Made by a program: the position numbers and the translations under genes
Assembly (NCBI GenBank): GCA_964619365.1
Contig: CAZUDQ010000013.1
Span: 1 to 27,078 of the forward strand
Direction: 5' to 3'
Source of the DNA: an uncultured archaeon
GTDB taxonomy: Archaea > Altiarchaeota > Altiarchaeia > JAFGQM01
Length of the DNA: 27,078 bases
The notes under the pieces: generated by a model
What the model saw: the letters and a program-made list of their open reading frames with translations, nothing else
Databases searched by the model: none
Told to the model about the DNA's origin: nothing
Part shown: positions 25,995 through 27,078 of the stretch, piece after piece
Position numbering within the stretch: position 1 is the first letter of the stretch
Layout of the letters: every line of letters begins with the position of its first letter

Positions 25995-27078
25995 ATGAAT
26001 GCCCTGAATATTTGTATAATACTAGCCTTATCTGTTTCAATTCTAGTCTCACTCTCATTTATCTCTAGTGCTGCAATCGGCGAAAATGAGCTTTATGAAT
26101 ACTTCATTGATACAAACGAATCAAACGACAGCCAAGAAATCTTCATAGTAGGTCAGTACACCGGAAACGACTCTGAAGGCCCTTCACAACTTCTAGGGAT
26201 ATATGGCGTCATATCTTTTGTCCCGCCGACGCCAGACAACGGGACAAGTACTTCGAGTACGCAAGTAAACCTAAATGTCTCAACAGAGCAGGAAAACCTA
26301 TCAAAAGTCACAATAGTCTTTGGAAACTACAGTTTCTATTACTATACCAATCCGACAACAATCGTTGAGAAAAATAGAGTTATAACAGAATACCCATACA
26401 CTGAAGGTGCAGGCCTCCCCGGTAAAACATATGACGGACAAAAAGGAAACGTCTATAACTTCTCAGATGGCGACGGACTCGACATAGATTTCAGTTCATT
26501 TGAGGCAAGAGCGGGTTGCATCTCGCTTTGGATAAAACCCCAAAGTAATGACACAGAGTACCTCTGGAGCGACAACTCATCGCCAAGCTATCACGAAGCC
26601 TACCTTGAGAATGGAACAACCCTAATTGACAAGTGGGCATATAATGGCTCGACATACTACTTAAATTCTTCATCAATAATCCAGGATGCCTGGAACTATG
26701 TCCTTGTCTGCTGGGACGAAGGCAACATAAGCCTTAATATAAACGATAACGAGTCCGAAGAGGAGAACCTTACAATATGTAAGCTCTCCTGTGCCTTTAA
26801 CGAGTGCGGAACTGATGGCTGCAACGGGACTTGCGGGACTTGTGCTGATGACGAGTTCTGCGGGGACGGCACATGTTTGCCGGTTATAGCCGGAGACACT
26901 AACGGTAACGGAGTAATAGACGATGGCGAGATAGCGGGAGACACAAACGGCAACGGAGTAATCGACGAAGGCGAAATAGCTGGAGACACAAACGGCAACG
27001 GAGTAATCGACGAAGGCGAAATAGCTGGAGACACCAATGGCAATGGCCAAATAGACGAAGGCGAAATAGCCGGAGACA
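25995..27078 (+). CDS. Secreted surface protein, 3'-truncated by the window (not in the ORF track): LamG-like domain, Cys-rich motif, tandem DxNxNG calcium-loop repeats
   Basis: Manual translation is open from the ATG at 25995 to the window end: MNALNICIILALSVSILVSLSFISSAA..SFVPPTPDNG..ISLWIKP..WNYVLVCWD..CGTDGCNGTCGTC..(IAGDTNGNGVIDEGE)n. Confidence 0.85.
   Translation, partial: MNALNICIILALSVSILVSLSFISSAAIGENELYEYFIDTNESNDSQEIFIVGQYTGNDSEGPSQLLGIYGVISFVPPTPDNGTSTSSTQVNLNVSTEQENLSKVTIVFGNYSFYYYTNPTTIVEKNRVITEYPYTEGAGLPGKTYDGQKGNVYNFSDGDGLDIDFSSFEARAGCISLWIKPQSNDTEYLWSDNSSPSYHEAYLENGTTLIDKWAYNGSTYYLNSSSIIQDAWNYVLVCWDEGNISLNINDNESEEENLTICKLSCAFNECGTDGCNGTCGTCADDEFCGDGTCLPVIAGDTNGNGVIDDGEIAGDTNGNGVIDEGEIAGDTNGNGVIDEGEIAGDTNGNGQIDEGEIAGD
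26886..27078 (+). repeat. 45-bp (15-aa) intragenic tandem repeat, at least 4.3 copies
   Basis: ATAGC(C/G/T)GGAGACAC(T/A/C)AA(C/T)GG(T/C)AA(C/T)GG... recurs every 45 bp, with mostly synonymous variation. Confidence 0.93.

Noticed and set aside
26491-27050. Minus-strand ORFs at the window end
   Set aside because: They are antisense shadows of the plus-strand partial CDS starting at 25995, which has a signal peptide and coherent domains.

Overview
Archaeal chromosomal window, judged from EF-1beta, a DUF1610-type zinc-finger protein, an archaeal thiolase/HMG-CoA synthase/DUF35 trio, nadX, TrmB, a PINA-type ATPase, a CCA-less tRNA-Arg(GCG) and TATA boxes close to start codons. A DPANN-type lineage is my inference, not something shown. 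Left third (1-8.7 kb): housekeeping genes (AIR-synthase-like protein, methyltransferase-like ORF, upper mevalonate pathway interleaved with nadC/nadX). It also holds a duplicated, palindrome-packed ~105-bp element in front of an AbrB/MazE gene and a PIN-less PINA-type ATPase-KH gene. Middle: a 1263-aa secreted protein with Trp-marked 11/11/18-residue repeats, the periodicity of phage tape-measure proteins, but with no phage genes nearby. After tRNA-Arg comes an accessory block with a sensor-less histidine kinase, a DEDDh exonuclease and a tandem array of five paralogous small basic Cys-motif proteins I do not recognise. Right third: a run of secreted or membrane-anchored surface proteins, namely a Tyr/Gly-rich peptide, a 1626-aa beta-helix/Ig protein and a partial LamG-like protein with tandem DxNxNG Ca-loop repeats that the ORF track missed. 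Best candidates for an undescribed system: the five-paralog array with its neighbours, the tape-measure-like secreted protein, and the palindromic duplicated element with AbrB/PIN-less ATPase.
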